The notes under the pieces are model-generated. The model saw only the letters and a program-made list of their open reading frames with translations. It had not been told where the DNA came from and did no database searches. 64,000 nt of DNA from Candidatus Aenigmatarchaeota archaeon (GTDB lineage Archaea > Aenigmatarchaeota > Aenigmatarchaeia > GW2011-AR5 > JACRAC01). The translations under genes and the position numbers were made by a program. Location of the stretch: the NCBI GenBank assembly GCA_016213555.1, contig JACRAC010000011.1, positions 8,841 through 72,840 of the forward strand, read 5' to 3'. Positions 1 through 9,712 of the stretch are shown piece by piece; position 1 is the first letter of the stretch; each line of letters begins with the position of its first letter.

Positions 1-3
1 TCT

Positions 4-357
4 TTGGAAAAACTATGTGCTATATTGGTTGTTGCTGGGCTTGTTGTACTATTCTTTTTGGTTGTTTTTATTGAGCCTGTTTCTATGAATATTTCTCAAA
101 TATCTGAAAAAGATATTGGAAAAATAGTAAGTATAAATGCTAGCGTAGAGAATAAAAATCTACGCAATGGAAATTTATTTTTAGAGCTTGGTGATGTTGA
201 TAGCAATAGTACTATAAAAGCTGTGATGTTTGAGAATGATATTAAGCAAGATCTATCAACATTTCAAAAAGGTAGCCATATAAATATTGTAGGAAGAATT
301 GATAGATATAATGGTGAGTTAGAAATAATCATAAATAAAATAACAGTAATAGAATAA
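4..357 (+). CDS. Membrane-anchored OB-fold (tRNA_anti-like nucleic-acid-binding fold) protein; 5' end may extend beyond the window
   Basis: N-terminal hydrophobic helix (CAILVVAGLVVLFFLVVF) followed by ~85 aa with OB-fold-like pattern (GKIVSINASVEN...GELEIIINKITVIE); TTG start at window edge. Confidence 0.45.
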   Translation: MEKLCAILVVAGLVVLFFLVVFIEPVSMNISQISEKDIGKIVSINASVENKNLRNGNLFLELGDVDSNSTIKAVMFENDIKQDLSTFQKGSHINIVGRIDRYNGELEIIINKITVIE

Positions 358-437
358 GGTGACTTTAAACTTACTTGCAATTTACTATAAATTGCTCGTA
401 ATTTTTAAAAACAACAAAAAATAATAAGGTTTTTAAA

Positions 438-1187
438 ATGAAATGTATTATACTTGCAGGAGGATATGCTAAGAGACTATGGCCTATAACACTTACACAG
501 TCAAAGGCTTTGTTAAGGGTTGGTCATAAACCTGTAATAGAATATATAATAGACAATATTGACAAGACTAATGTCAATGAAATAATAATTTCTACAAACC
601 AAAAATTTGAAAAAGACTTTAGCCAGTGGATTGATAAAAATTCAGGAAAATTTAAGAAGCCTATAAGATTATTTGTTGAACCTACTACCGCAGAAGAGAA
701 CAAATTCGGTGCTGTAAAAGGTATTTCTTATATCATGGATGAGATGAAAATTGAAGAAGATTGTATGGTAATTGCTGGAGATAACTTATTTGATTTTGAT
801 TTGAATAACTTTCTGAAGTTTTTCCATGAAAAAAGAGGGTTTGTTGTAGCAGTTTATAATGTTGAAAGTAAAGATAAGGCAAAACTTTATGGTGTTATAA
901 ATGTTGATGATAAGGAAAGAGTTACTCAGTTTATAGAAAAGCCTTCTGTTCCTGCATCCACATTAATCAGTACTGCCTGTTATGTTTTTCCTAAAGAGAC
1001 TTTTTATCTTGTTTCAGAATTTCTAAAACAAGAGAACATGGCAGATGCTCTTGGACAATTTTTACAATGGGTTCATAAGAGGATTCCTGTATATGCTTAC
1101 AGCTTTGATGGATATTGGTTTGATATTGGCGACAAAGAAGTTCTAAAGAAAGCAGAAGAATGGGTTAGAAAAGTTGGTGTTGAATAG
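438..1187 (+). CDS. Sugar-1-phosphate nucleotidyltransferase (NTP_transferase family)
   Basis: N-terminal LAGGYAKRLWPIT (G-x-G-x-R-L nucleotidyltransferase signature), ~250 aa, typical of glucose/mannose-1-P nucleotidylyltransferases. Confidence 0.85.
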   Translation: MKCIILAGGYAKRLWPITLTQSKALLRVGHKPVIEYIIDNIDKTNVNEIIISTNQKFEKDFSQWIDKNSGKFKKPIRLFVEPTTAEENKFGAVKGISYIMDEMKIEEDCMVIAGDNLFDFDLNNFLKFFHEKRGFVVAVYNVESKDKAKLYGVINVDDKERVTQFIEKPSVPASTLISTACYVFPKETFYLVSEFLKQENMADALGQFLQWVHKRIPVYAYSFDGYWFDIGDKEVLKKAEEWVRKVGVE

Positions 1188-1449
1188 CCTATTTCTCAGT
1201 TTATATATAAACAGTGTTAATTATTGAATATGAACAATTTTATTAAAAGATTTTTTGATAACATCTTGCTCATAATTATTTTATTCATAGCTTTTTGTTA
1301 TGCTATAAATAACATATAATACAGTATCTCTTACTTGAATTCTATCATACCAGCATCTGAGGATAGTCAAGTTGTATGGCAAGCTACAAAATCGTTAACA
1401 ATTTCTTATCTTGTTTTAATAGGAATAATAGTAAGTTTAGTGGGGATCA

Positions 1450-3498
1450 TTGTTTTTAAGAAAACTGAAAAATCTCAATAATAAAACATACGCTCATAAA
1501 GATTTGCCGCTAATTCTAATTATGAATGTTGATAAGAAACCTAATAGGTTGGCAAAAGAGAAGAGTCCTTACTTACTTCAGCATGCGTACAATCCTGTGG
1601 ATTGGTATCCTTGGACTCAAGAAGCGTTTGATTTAGCGTCTAAGCTTGATAAGCCGATATTTCTTTCGATTGGATACTCTACTTGCCATTGGTGCCATGT
1701 AATGGAAAAGGAGAGTTTTGAAGATGCTGAGGTTGCTAAGCTGCTTAATGATAATTTTATTTGTATTAAGGTTGACCGTGAGGAAAGACCAGACATAGAT
1801 TCTGTTTATATGAAATTTTGTCAAAGCATGACAGGAAGCGGTGGATGGCCTCTTACTATTATTATGACTCCTGACAAAAAGCCTTTTTTTGCTTCAACAT
1901 ATGTTCCTAAACAGACAATGTATGGAAGAGTTGGTATGGTTGATTTAATTCCTAGAATTAGAGAAGCTTGGAATAATGAGAGACAAGATATTCTTGGTTC
2001 TGCTGAATATCTTACAAATGCTTTGTCTGAATATGATGAAAGTGGTAAGCTTGAGAAAGGTTTGGTGGATAAAACTTATTTGCAGCTAGAAACAAGGTTT
2101 GATGAAAAAAATGGTGGGTTTAGTCATAGTCCTAAATTTCCTACTCCACATAATATTGTATTTCTAATAAGATACTGGAAACTTAGTGGAAATAAGAGAG
2201 CTTTAGAGATGGCTGAAACGACACTGGAAAAAATGAGACTTGGAGGAATTTTTGATCAAGTAGGTGGTGGTTTTCATAGGTATTCTACAGATCCTTTATG
2301 GAAACTTCCACATTTTGAGAAAATGTTATATGATCAAGCTTTGTTAGCCTTAGCATATATAGAAGCTTATGAAGCTACTGGAAAAGAATTTTATAAGGAT
2401 GTTGTTGAAGAGATCTTTGAGTATGTCATTAGAGATATGAGTTCTGAAAAAGGGTTTTGTTCTGCTGAAGATGCTGATTCAGAAGGTGTTGAAGGTAAGT
2501 TTTATGTATGGAAAAGCGATGAAATAAAAAAGATCCTTGGCAAAGATGCTGATGAATTTTGTAAAATATTCAATGTAAATAATGATGGAAACTATAGAGA
2601 AGAGGCTAACGGAGAGATAACTGGAAATAATATATTATTTCTTAACGAATATGTGGAGAATGACTTTATAGTTGGTTGTAGGAGAAAGCTGCTGGCTGAA
2701 AGAAGCAAAAGAATAAGGCCGCATAAGGACACCAAAATTTTAACAGATTGGAATGCTCTAATGATATTAAGCTTAGCAAAGGCTGGAAGAGTTTTTAGTA
2801 GGGAAGATTATCTAAAGATTGCTAAAGAAGCTATGCAGAATATTTTAGATAATAGATATAAATATTTTTTGCTTCACACTGAAACTATCAGCGGATTTTT
2901 AGATGATTATGCTTTTGTAATATGGGCTTTGATTGAACTTTATCAAAGTACTTTTGATAAAAAATATATAGATTTATCTCAAGAGCTGATTAAAGAGTTA
3001 GAAGGTTTTGCAGATAAAAATAATGAAAATATAGAATCTTTTGGTGGATTTTTCTTATCTAGAGAAGATATTGTGATAAGGACTAAAGAACTTTATGATG
3101 GTGCTTTGCCTTCTGGTAATTCTGTTATGGTTTATGATTTGTTTTTATTATCTAGGCTTACTGGAAACTTGGAGCTTGAACAAAAAGCTTGGAAAATACT
3201 TGAGAGTTTTTCAGCTAGCTTAAATCAAATGCCTGCTGGATATACGCAGGCTATGATTGGTTTGGCTCTTTTAGAAAATAATTTTTATGAAATTGTTTTA
3301 ACTAAGAATGATAAGGAAATATTGGCCAGGATTTTCCATGATTATAGACCTAATAAAGTTGTCCTACTTAATGATGTTAATTCTACTGTAGAAAAAATGA
3401 AAGATGTTGAAGGTAATACTGGAATATATGTTTGTGAGAGTGGAAAATGTAATTTGCCTACAAATGACATTGATAAGGCTTTGAAGAAAATGAATTAA
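1450..3498 (+). CDS. Thioredoxin-domain protein of DUF255/YyaL family (N-terminal Trx-like CxxC + six-hairpin glycosidase-like domain); true start probably Met at ~1522
   Basis: [17 protein letters not shown]...[10 protein letters not shown] (CxxC) hallmark of DUF255; 682 aa length typical. Confidence 0.8.
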   Translation: MFLRKLKNLNNKTYAHKDLPLILIMNVDKKPNRLAKEKSPYLLQHAYNPVDWYPWTQEAFDLASKLDKPIFLSIGYSTCHWCHVMEKESFEDAEVAKLLNDNFICIKVDREERPDIDSVYMKFCQSMTGSGGWPLTIIMTPDKKPFFASTYVPKQTMYGRVGMVDLIPRIREAWNNERQDILGSAEYLTNALSEYDESGKLEKGLVDKTYLQLETRFDEKNGGFSHSPKFPTPHNIVFLIRYWKLSGNKRALEMAETTLEKMRLGGIFDQVGGGFHRYSTDPLWKLPHFEKMLYDQALLALAYIEAYEATGKEFYKDVVEEIFEYVIRDMSSEKGFCSAEDADSEGVEGKFYVWKSDEIKKILGKDADEFCKIFNVNNDGNYREEANGEITGNNILFLNEYVENDFIVGCRRKLLAERSKRIRPHKDTKILTDWNALMILSLAKAGRVFSREDYLKIAKEAMQNILDNRYKYFLLHTETISGFLDDYAFVIWALIELYQSTFDKKYIDLSQELIKELEGFADKNNENIESFGGFFLSREDIVIRTKELYDGALPSGNSVMVYDLFLLSRLTGNLELEQKAWKILESFSASLNQMPAGYTQAMIGLALLENNFYEIVLTKNDKEILARIFHDYRPNKVVLLNDVNSTVEKMKDVEGNTGIYVCESGKCNLPTNDIDKALKKMN

Positions 3499-3534
3499 TA
3501 AAGGCTTTTCTAAATATAGACTAATTGGTGTTTG

Positions 3535-3562
3535 TTTCAAATCATACTATAATGATTTGAAA
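3535..3562. terminator. Inverted repeat TTTCAAATCAT-(ACTATA)-ATGATTTGAAA downstream of the DUF255 gene; possible terminator/RNA hairpin
   Basis: 11-bp stem, 6-nt loop, 37 bp after the stop at 3498; not followed by a clear T-tract. Confidence 0.3.
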
Positions 3563-3598
3563 ATACAGAGTCGTATTTTAAACAAAAATACTCCTGTT

Positions 3599-3621
3599 TT
3601 ATAACACCTAAGGTGTTATAA
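3599..3621. repeat. Palindrome TTATAACACC-TAA-GGTGTTATAA immediately abutting the GT4 start codon (overlaps SD-like GGTG)
   Basis: Read directly; 10-bp arms, 3-nt centre, ends 1 nt before ATG at 3622. Confidence 0.55.
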
Positions 3622-4719
3622 ATGAGAATTGCTATGCTAATAGATTTGTTTTATCCTTACCAGCTTGGTGGAGCTGAGAAGCAGTTTTATGAACTTGCTG
3701 TCAGGCTTGCTAAGAAACATGAGGTTCATGTTTACACTCTTAATATAGAAGGTTGTCCATCAGAGGAAAAAATAAATGGTATTTATGTCCATAGAATTGG
3801 ATATAGAAACTCTATTAAAAAAAGGTCTTTGTCTGCTTTAGCTACATATTTTTTGAAAACTCCTTATTTGATAAGACAGATAAGAAAATATGACATAGTA
3901 CATGCAAATCAAATATCTGCCATGTTCTGTTTTTTCAAGCCGTTTATAAAAAAGCCGTTTGTTGTAACTATACATGATCTATACTGGGATCTTTGGAAAA
4001 ACTACTATAGATTTCCTTTATACTATATTGGAAAAGCTGTAGAACTATTTTGGTCTATTCTTAGATATGACAAAATAATTACTGTATCAAAATCTTCAAA
4101 AGCCAAGTTAGAGAGGCTAGATTTTGTGAAAAAAATATCAGTATTGCCTAATGGTATAGACTTTTCCAAGATAAATAAGGTATCTGCAAAGAAAGGAAAC
4201 CATATAATATATGTTGGACGTTTGGTAAATTATAAGAATGTTGACCTGGTAATCAAGTCTATGAAAGAATTAAATAAAAAATATCCTATATTAGAGCTTA
4301 GAATAATAGGATCAGGTGAGCAGGAGACTTACTTGAAAAAACTTGTTAAAGAGTTAAAAGTAAATGTAAAATTCCTTGGATATGTTACAGAAGAAGAGAA
4401 ATTTAGGCAAATAAAATCTGCTAAAGCATTTGTCTCTATGTCTGATGTTGAAGGGTTTGGAATCTCTATGCTTGAAGCAATGGCTTGTGGTACTCCTGTT
4501 ATTGGGAAAAAACTTAAGGCATATGAAGAGTTTTGTAATACTAAAAACTCTTTACTAATAGATGGAGATGATATTGAAAAGACTCTAATAAGAGTTTTGA
4601 AAGATGAATCTTTAATGAAAAGACTTTCAATAGAAGGAATAAAAACTGCAAAGAAATTTGACTGGGATAATATTGTAATAGATCTTGAAAAAATATACAA
4701 AACTAGCTTGTTTCATTAA
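3622..4719 (+). CDS. Glycosyltransferase family 4 (GT-B, retaining)
   Basis: C-terminal EGFGISMLEAMACGTPVI (E-x7-E motif region of GT4), ~365 aa. Confidence 0.85.
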   Translation: MRIAMLIDLFYPYQLGGAEKQFYELAVRLAKKHEVHVYTLNIEGCPSEEKINGIYVHRIGYRNSIKKRSLSALATYFLKTPYLIRQIRKYDIVHANQISAMFCFFKPFIKKPFVVTIHDLYWDLWKNYYRFPLYYIGKAVELFWSILRYDKIITVSKSSKAKLERLDFVKKISVLPNGIDFSKINKVSAKKGNHIIYVGRLVNYKNVDLVIKSMKELNKKYPILELRIIGSGEQETYLKKLVKELKVNVKFLGYVTEEEKFRQIKSAKAFVSMSDVEGFGISMLEAMACGTPVIGKKLKAYEEFCNTKNSLLIDGDDIEKTLIRVLKDESLMKRLSIEGIKTAKKFDWDNIVIDLEKIYKTSLFH

Positions 4720-5812
4720 TCTTTAATTTGAAGAGTTTTACTTCTCCTCCCCATTGGTCTACAAATTCAAAATGTTCTAATCCTGCTCCGTTATAGAAAA
4801 ACATTCTTGTAAACATTGAATTCTCTAATTCTTTAGGGAAAAAGAATATTACACTAAGACTTGAATCTGGCACATATATTGTACCTTTTATTTCAGCTGA
4901 TGGGTCTTCTGATGTAACGTAACCAAATTTTGTAGGATACACAACTTTACTTATTTTTACAAACTGATTATTTTGTTGCAATAAAGCATGTAAAGTATTG
5001 TTCTCGTCATATAGTATAAACGATTGACCTTCAGATAATTGATATTCATAACCTACTGTTGATTGAGAAAATAATGGTTTTCTTCTTGTCAATTGAGCAG
5101 GGAAATAATTATATGTAGTTCCTTTTGGATCATTTTTCAAAGGATCCCATGTAGAGAAATAAGTCCACCATTGACTTTTGTACACAAGATCTGCACTTGC
5201 TATATAGTATACATCATTACATCCTTTTTTCTTATACTCCTTTAATATGTTATACGCTAATGTCTCGTTATCAGTAAAGAGGGTTATTGCAATATCTTTT
5301 ATTCTTGCTGTAGTAACTGTGTTATTATTAAAAACTCTAACTTGAACAATTCCTTTGTCATAGTTATCTAAAACTAGTCCTTCTGATGTTTCATTCGTAG
5401 GTCTAGTAAATACATCGTTCTGTCCAGCACCGTCAAAAACAACTGCTCTTTCTGCGATTCCTGTTATAAAATGTCCTGGATCCCAATAAGTAGCCACAAC
5501 TGAACATTCAGCTGTATTATTTTTAATCCAGTTAAGAGATTGCCACCAGTTATCAGTCAGGACTGTTCCTTGACTGCTAGAAATTGCATAGCTAGGTACT
5601 AGATAGAATAAAAGAATTATTACTACTGTAAAAAATCCTAATAATCCTGCAAAGAAATCATATTTATTTATTTTCTTCATTGCAAATAAGGCACCTAAAA
5701 CAACTATTGTTAAAAGAAGTCCTATTGAAAACAATACTATTTTTTCAAACTGTATTAGTATAGCTAAGCCTAACAATACTCCTATTGCAATTGATATTGT
5801 CTTATTTTTCAT
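4703..5812 (-). CDS. aglB: Oligosaccharyltransferase AglB/STT3, C-terminal part (3 TM helices + periplasmic domain with WWDYG-like motif)
   Basis: After three TM helices: NWWQSLNWIKNNT...VVATYWDPGHFITG...DGAG, a degenerate WWDYG motif; start ATG overlaps stop of the upstream ORF (ATGA). Confidence 0.6.
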   Translation of the reverse strand: MKNKTISIAIGVLLGLAILIQFEKIVLFSIGLLLTIVVLGALFAMKKINKYDFFAGLLGFFTVVIILLFYLVPSYAISSSQGTVLTDNWWQSLNWIKNNTAECSVVATYWDPGHFITGIAERAVVFDGAGQNDVFTRPTNETSEGLVLDNYDKGIVQVRVFNNNTVTTARIKDIAITLFTDNETLAYNILKEYKKKGCNDVYYIASADLVYKSQWWTYFSTWDPLKNDPKGTTYNYFPAQLTRRKPLFSQSTVGYEYQLSEGQSFILYDENNTLHALLQQNNQFVKISKVVYPTKFGYVTSEDPSAEIKGTIYVPDSSLSVIFFFPKELENSMFTRMFFYNGAGLEHFEFVDQWGGEVKLFKLKINETS

Positions 5813-7095
5813 TCTTTATCCTCTTTTTCATAAAGTGCTATATCCCAAAACTTTGCAAGTATTATACCAGAACATATACTATAAACAGCTGTTAAAAATA
5901 TATCAAATCTTACAGCTACTGCACTAGCTACTAAAAATCCTATAAACCATATTAACATAAAAAGTAATGTATCGAAGTGATGTCTTTTCTTTACGTATGA
6001 GTAAAGTAGATAGATAAAACATACTATCGTCAAAATAAATGGAGAAATAAGAAGTAATAATGCTAGCGGTATCCCGCTTATCTGTGATGCTATATCTACG
6101 CTACTCACTCTTATGGCTACGTCTTTTATACCTCCACTTTGCAACTCTGCAACTGATACATAAACATTAGGAAATTGGCTTGTTTCTGCCTTTAAACTAC
6201 CACTAGATGCTACAGAACCGACTACAGACTGGACAGGATTTGATAAAAATCCTACTCCGTAATATGGTATTGTTATTATGTAGAACACTGCTATTATCAT
6301 AATAAACGATACTACCATTACTTTGTTTTTTGAAAATACTTGTTTAATATGATTTGTATCATGTTTTTTTGTAAGTAATATATCAAATATTATTTTTAGG
6401 ACAACAAATGATGCAATTATCCACAATGCAAACCAATAACCTGTCCATGTTAGTGCAAAAAGTCCTAAGAATAGTCCTGCAATAGCTGAATATATGATGT
6501 TTTTTCTTGCAAATATCTTTTCCTTATCTAATTTCTTATACGCTACTACAAAAGATGCAATAGAAGCCATCATCATTAACATAACAATTGCATCTGAATC
6601 TGGATCTCCTCCTAAAGTTCTTGTTAGGAAAGGAATTGCAAATAATACAAATATTGCAATGAATGCACCAGCCTTTCTATTGAATAAATATTTTCCTATG
6701 AAATATGAAGGTATTGCGAGTAAAGATGTTAATAATACAGGAAACCATACCATAAACTGCCAGAGTTGCATATCTGGCATAAAGAGATGGAAGAACATGT
6801 AGGAATAGGCTCCTAAATACTCATAGAATAAAGGCCCAGAACCTATAGGTATACCGTTTGGAGCAAATCTAAGATAATCATACGATGGAAGAACGCCGTT
6901 ATTATTTATTATACTACCTACTTCTCTAGTGAAGTAAAAAGAATCTATATTCCTAAGATATGGCCAACCATGTTCATAAAACCCAAACAATCTTATGTAC
7001 ATCGACAAAGCTATAATTAATATTATTATAGCTGCGTATTTGTACTTGAAAAGCGGTTTTATAGATAATTTGAAGCTTACTTTGTCTTCTTCCAT
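5809..7095 (-). CDS. aglB: Oligosaccharyltransferase AglB/STT3, N-terminal transmembrane part
   Basis: Polytopic; EL1-like motif IDSFYFTRE (cf. eukaryotic STT3 DPYFNYR), GGDPDSDAIVML (D-x-D/NEAIAI-like), and SVAELQSGG (cf. SVSEHQ / TIXE motif). Confidence 0.7.
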   Translation of the reverse strand: MEEDKVSFKLSIKPLFKYKYAAIIILIIALSMYIRLFGFYEHGWPYLRNIDSFYFTREVGSIINNNGVLPSYDYLRFAPNGIPIGSGPLFYEYLGAYSYMFFHLFMPDMQLWQFMVWFPVLLTSLLAIPSYFIGKYLFNRKAGAFIAIFVLFAIPFLTRTLGGDPDSDAIVMLMMMASIASFVVAYKKLDKEKIFARKNIIYSAIAGLFLGLFALTWTGYWFALWIIASFVVLKIIFDILLTKKHDTNHIKQVFSKNKVMVVSFIMIIAVFYIITIPYYGVGFLSNPVQSVVGSVASSGSLKAETSQFPNVYVSVAELQSGGIKDVAIRVSSVDIASQISGIPLALLLLISPFILTIVCFIYLLYSYVKKRHHFDTLLFMLIWFIGFLVASAVAVRFDIFLTAVYSICSGIILAKFWDIALYEKEDKE

Positions 7096-7142
7096 ATACT
7101 ACCCACTTATCTTAAGAATATTCTCTGAAAGACTTTAATACG

Positions 7143-7805
7143 TTAATTAAATAACGTCTTTAGTCTAAGTTTTAAAAGAAACCATCCTACGTTTGCACCA
7201 TCTTTGATTGTGTTTATTTTTGCCTCTCCTAATCTAGGATAGTAGTCTACTGGAAACTCTACAAACTTAGTTCCTGATTTTATTACCTTTATTTTTATCT
7301 CTTCTGATAAAGGCATGCCATCATCTTCTAAAACTATCTTTTTTAATATAGATTGGTCAAAAATCCACATTCCTGTCTGAGAATCTTTTAAATCTATCCA
7401 GAATAAAATGTTTGCTAATTTTGTAAGCATCTTATTTCCTATCTCATGTGTAAAACTCATGCTGTTTTTCTTTGGTATTCTGTTGCAGGATATAAATTGC
7501 TCTTTATTTTCTTTAACTAATTTAATATAGTATCCTAATTTTTTTGTTGAATAGCTGCCATCAGCATCTATTGTAACTATGATATCTGCTTTTACTTTAT
7601 TAAATCCTGTTTTATATGCACGTCCATAACCTTTTCTTGACTCTAGTATTATTTTTGCACCTTTTTTTTTGGCTATTTCTTGAGTTTTATCTGTAGAACT
7701 ACAATCAATTATGTAAATATCATCTACATATTTTTTAACATCATCTATTACTTTTCCTATTCCTTCTTCTTCGTTTTTTGTAGGTATCAAAGCTGCTATT
7801 GTCAT
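7143..7805 (-). CDS. Dolichyl-phosphate hexose synthase-like glycosyltransferase (GT2, DPM1/AglD-like)
   Basis: AALIPTKNEEEGIGKVI...IIDCSSTDKT...TIDADGS: classic GT2 N-terminal DXD architecture; 220 aa. Confidence 0.85.
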   Translation of the reverse strand: MTIAALIPTKNEEEGIGKVIDDVKKYVDDIYIIDCSSTDKTQEIAKKKGAKIILESRKGYGRAYKTGFNKVKADIIVTIDADGSYSTKKLGYYIKLVKENKEQFISCNRIPKKNSMSFTHEIGNKMLTKLANILFWIDLKDSQTGMWIFDQSILKKIVLEDDGMPLSEEIKIKVIKSGTKFVEFPVDYYPRLGEAKINTIKDGANVGWFLLKLRLKTLFN

Positions 7806-9637
7806 TGTTTTACCTTATAGATTTTTACATATGTTTTACCATTGTTTGTATAGTTCCAGGCTTCTTCTAAATAACTGTCTAGTCCTTGATTCCATGGTTT
7901 ATTGAAGTCTCTATAATTTTCTGGACCTACTACCAGCAGATTGTATTTTTTGATTTCAGGACCTTTTATTGCAGGATCTATCCAAGTATTTAGGACAGTA
8001 AATGTTATGTTATATTTATTAAGATAATTTCTATAATCTTTAACATCTTTTACTATTATTGGATCAAAAGATCCTACAAGTTCACCGTTTTCATTAATTT
8101 GGTACTCGCTTTGTATCCAATAATAACTCCAGTAAAGATACTTTACATCGTATTTATCTAACAATTCTTTTCTTTTTGAAGAATCATTTCCGTATAGTAT
8201 TATTGCTGAGTCTGCTTCTAGTTGATCGATGTCTATAAATGGGCTATTTTGGCTACGTCTTGATACCATTACTTTTCGTCCAGTTAATCCATTAAGTGCA
8301 AAGGATAATTCTTTTGTAGACAAAAATATATCGTCAACAGATGTGTTGTTAAGAACCCATTCTCTTGTTTGTATCAAATCTTCTGATAACGGATTCTTAC
8401 CTACATTTATCCACTGATCCTTCTGGACCCTTTGATTGAAATCCATATAGTAAAATCCTGTAGTGATTAAAAGAACTATTATGACTAGAGGGAAGAAATA
8501 TTTAGTAATTTTCTTTTCTAGAAACTCTAATGATATAGTTGTTAACAGTATTGTTGAGAAAGGTATTAGAAATTCAAACGCTTTTCCTGAAGAGAAGTTT
8601 GTTTTAATCAATGGTTGTGTGATCAGATAGTGGAGTGTAATTATTACTGATATCGTTATGAACATCAAAATAAATATTTTGTTGTTGAGTTCTTGCGTTG
8701 CTATCAGGTAAATTCCTATTATGGCTAGTATAGAAATTATTATTAGATTTATAGACCCAAAATTTAACAGTGCTGCTGATAAAAATCTGTATATAGTAAC
8801 TAACTGTATATCAAATCTAGACAAATCTTCGAAAGCCCAGTTTTGGTTATCATTTAGTGTAACTCCTTTATGCACAAATATTGGATTATACCACCATAAG
8901 AGTGCTATAGAGAACGCTATTACAAGTGCTATTATCATCATTGGTAGGTATTTTTTAATGTTGGTTCTTTTTGGATAGAATTCTATTATCTTTTCTCTTA
9001 TATCTATTTTTAAAACTCTATGAAACATGAAAGCAAGAAACATAAGTGTTATAAAAGATAATGAGACAAAAAATGCTGCTCCATGGGATATTGATAAAAT
9101 TCCTGCTACTATTCCAAGTATTGTTGATGATAGTATGTTTTGCTTCTTGTAGAAGTAGTATATAGAGAAAAACATTATAGGAAATAAGAAAAGTGATGTA
9201 AATTCTGTATATTTTAAAATCGGGAATGCTGATAGAGGTAAAAAGAGTATTGTTGATAACAACGCTATATTTTTGTTATTTGTTATATAACTTAATATTA
9301 GATATAAGGAAACTATGAAAAGAATTATGCATATTTGAGAAAATAAGAATATTGCTATCATTGGTTCTAGTCCAAATGTTGATCCAAAAGACGCTACTAA
9401 ATATGAGTATACAATAAAATATCCTGGCTCAGAATTTGGTATGTTAGGTGCTACTAGTGGATTGCCTCCCTCCATTATATGGGTTACTGAGCCTAACTGA
9501 AAGTAGTAATCTCCTCCGTACAGAGGTGAAGGAAGCTGGTTTAGCTGGGATATTAAATAGCTTTGTTGGAACAAGTAAAATGCTATTATCAATACAAGTA
9601 CAATTTCTTGTTTAAATTTAAAATCCATTAAGTCCAC
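7802..9637 (-). CDS. Large polytopic membrane protein with C-terminal soluble domain; putative GT-C-fold glycosyltransferase
   Basis: ~12 predicted TM helices then ~230 aa hydrophilic domain; first loop has GGDYYFQLG resembling the STT3 EL1 D-x-YF-N motif; 4-bp overlap with the GT2 gene (operon with aglB). Confidence 0.35.
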   Translation of the reverse strand: MDLMDFKFKQEIVLVLIIAFYLFQQSYLISQLNQLPSPLYGGDYYFQLGSVTHIMEGGNPLVAPNIPNSEPGYFIVYSYLVASFGSTFGLEPMIAIFLFSQICIILFIVSLYLILSYITNNKNIALLSTILFLPLSAFPILKYTEFTSLFLFPIMFFSIYYFYKKQNILSSTILGIVAGILSISHGAAFFVSLSFITLMFLAFMFHRVLKIDIREKIIEFYPKRTNIKKYLPMMIIALVIAFSIALLWWYNPIFVHKGVTLNDNQNWAFEDLSRFDIQLVTIYRFLSAALLNFGSINLIIISILAIIGIYLIATQELNNKIFILMFITISVIITLHYLITQPLIKTNFSSGKAFEFLIPFSTILLTTISLEFLEKKITKYFFPLVIIVLLITTGFYYMDFNQRVQKDQWINVGKNPLSEDLIQTREWVLNNTSVDDIFLSTKELSFALNGLTGRKVMVSRRSQNSPFIDIDQLEADSAIILYGNDSSKRKELLDKYDVKYLYWSYYWIQSEYQINENGELVGSFDPIIVKDVKDYRNYLNKYNITFTVLNTWIDPAIKGPEIKKYNLLVVGPENYRDFNKPWNQGLDSYLEEAWNYTNNGKTYVKIYKVKQ

Positions 9638-9712
9638 ATTTTCATATGTAAGTTAATGGATTAAAATGAGTTTTTTGACGAAGATTTAAATGTTTTTACC
9701 TTTAAGATTAAA

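Noticed and set aside
7802-9637. Considered calling this a second AglB paralog outright
   Set aside because: A WWYNP motif exists but is followed by further TM helices rather than the periplasmic domain, and the EL1 motif lacks the conserved Arg. Kept as generic GT-C-like.
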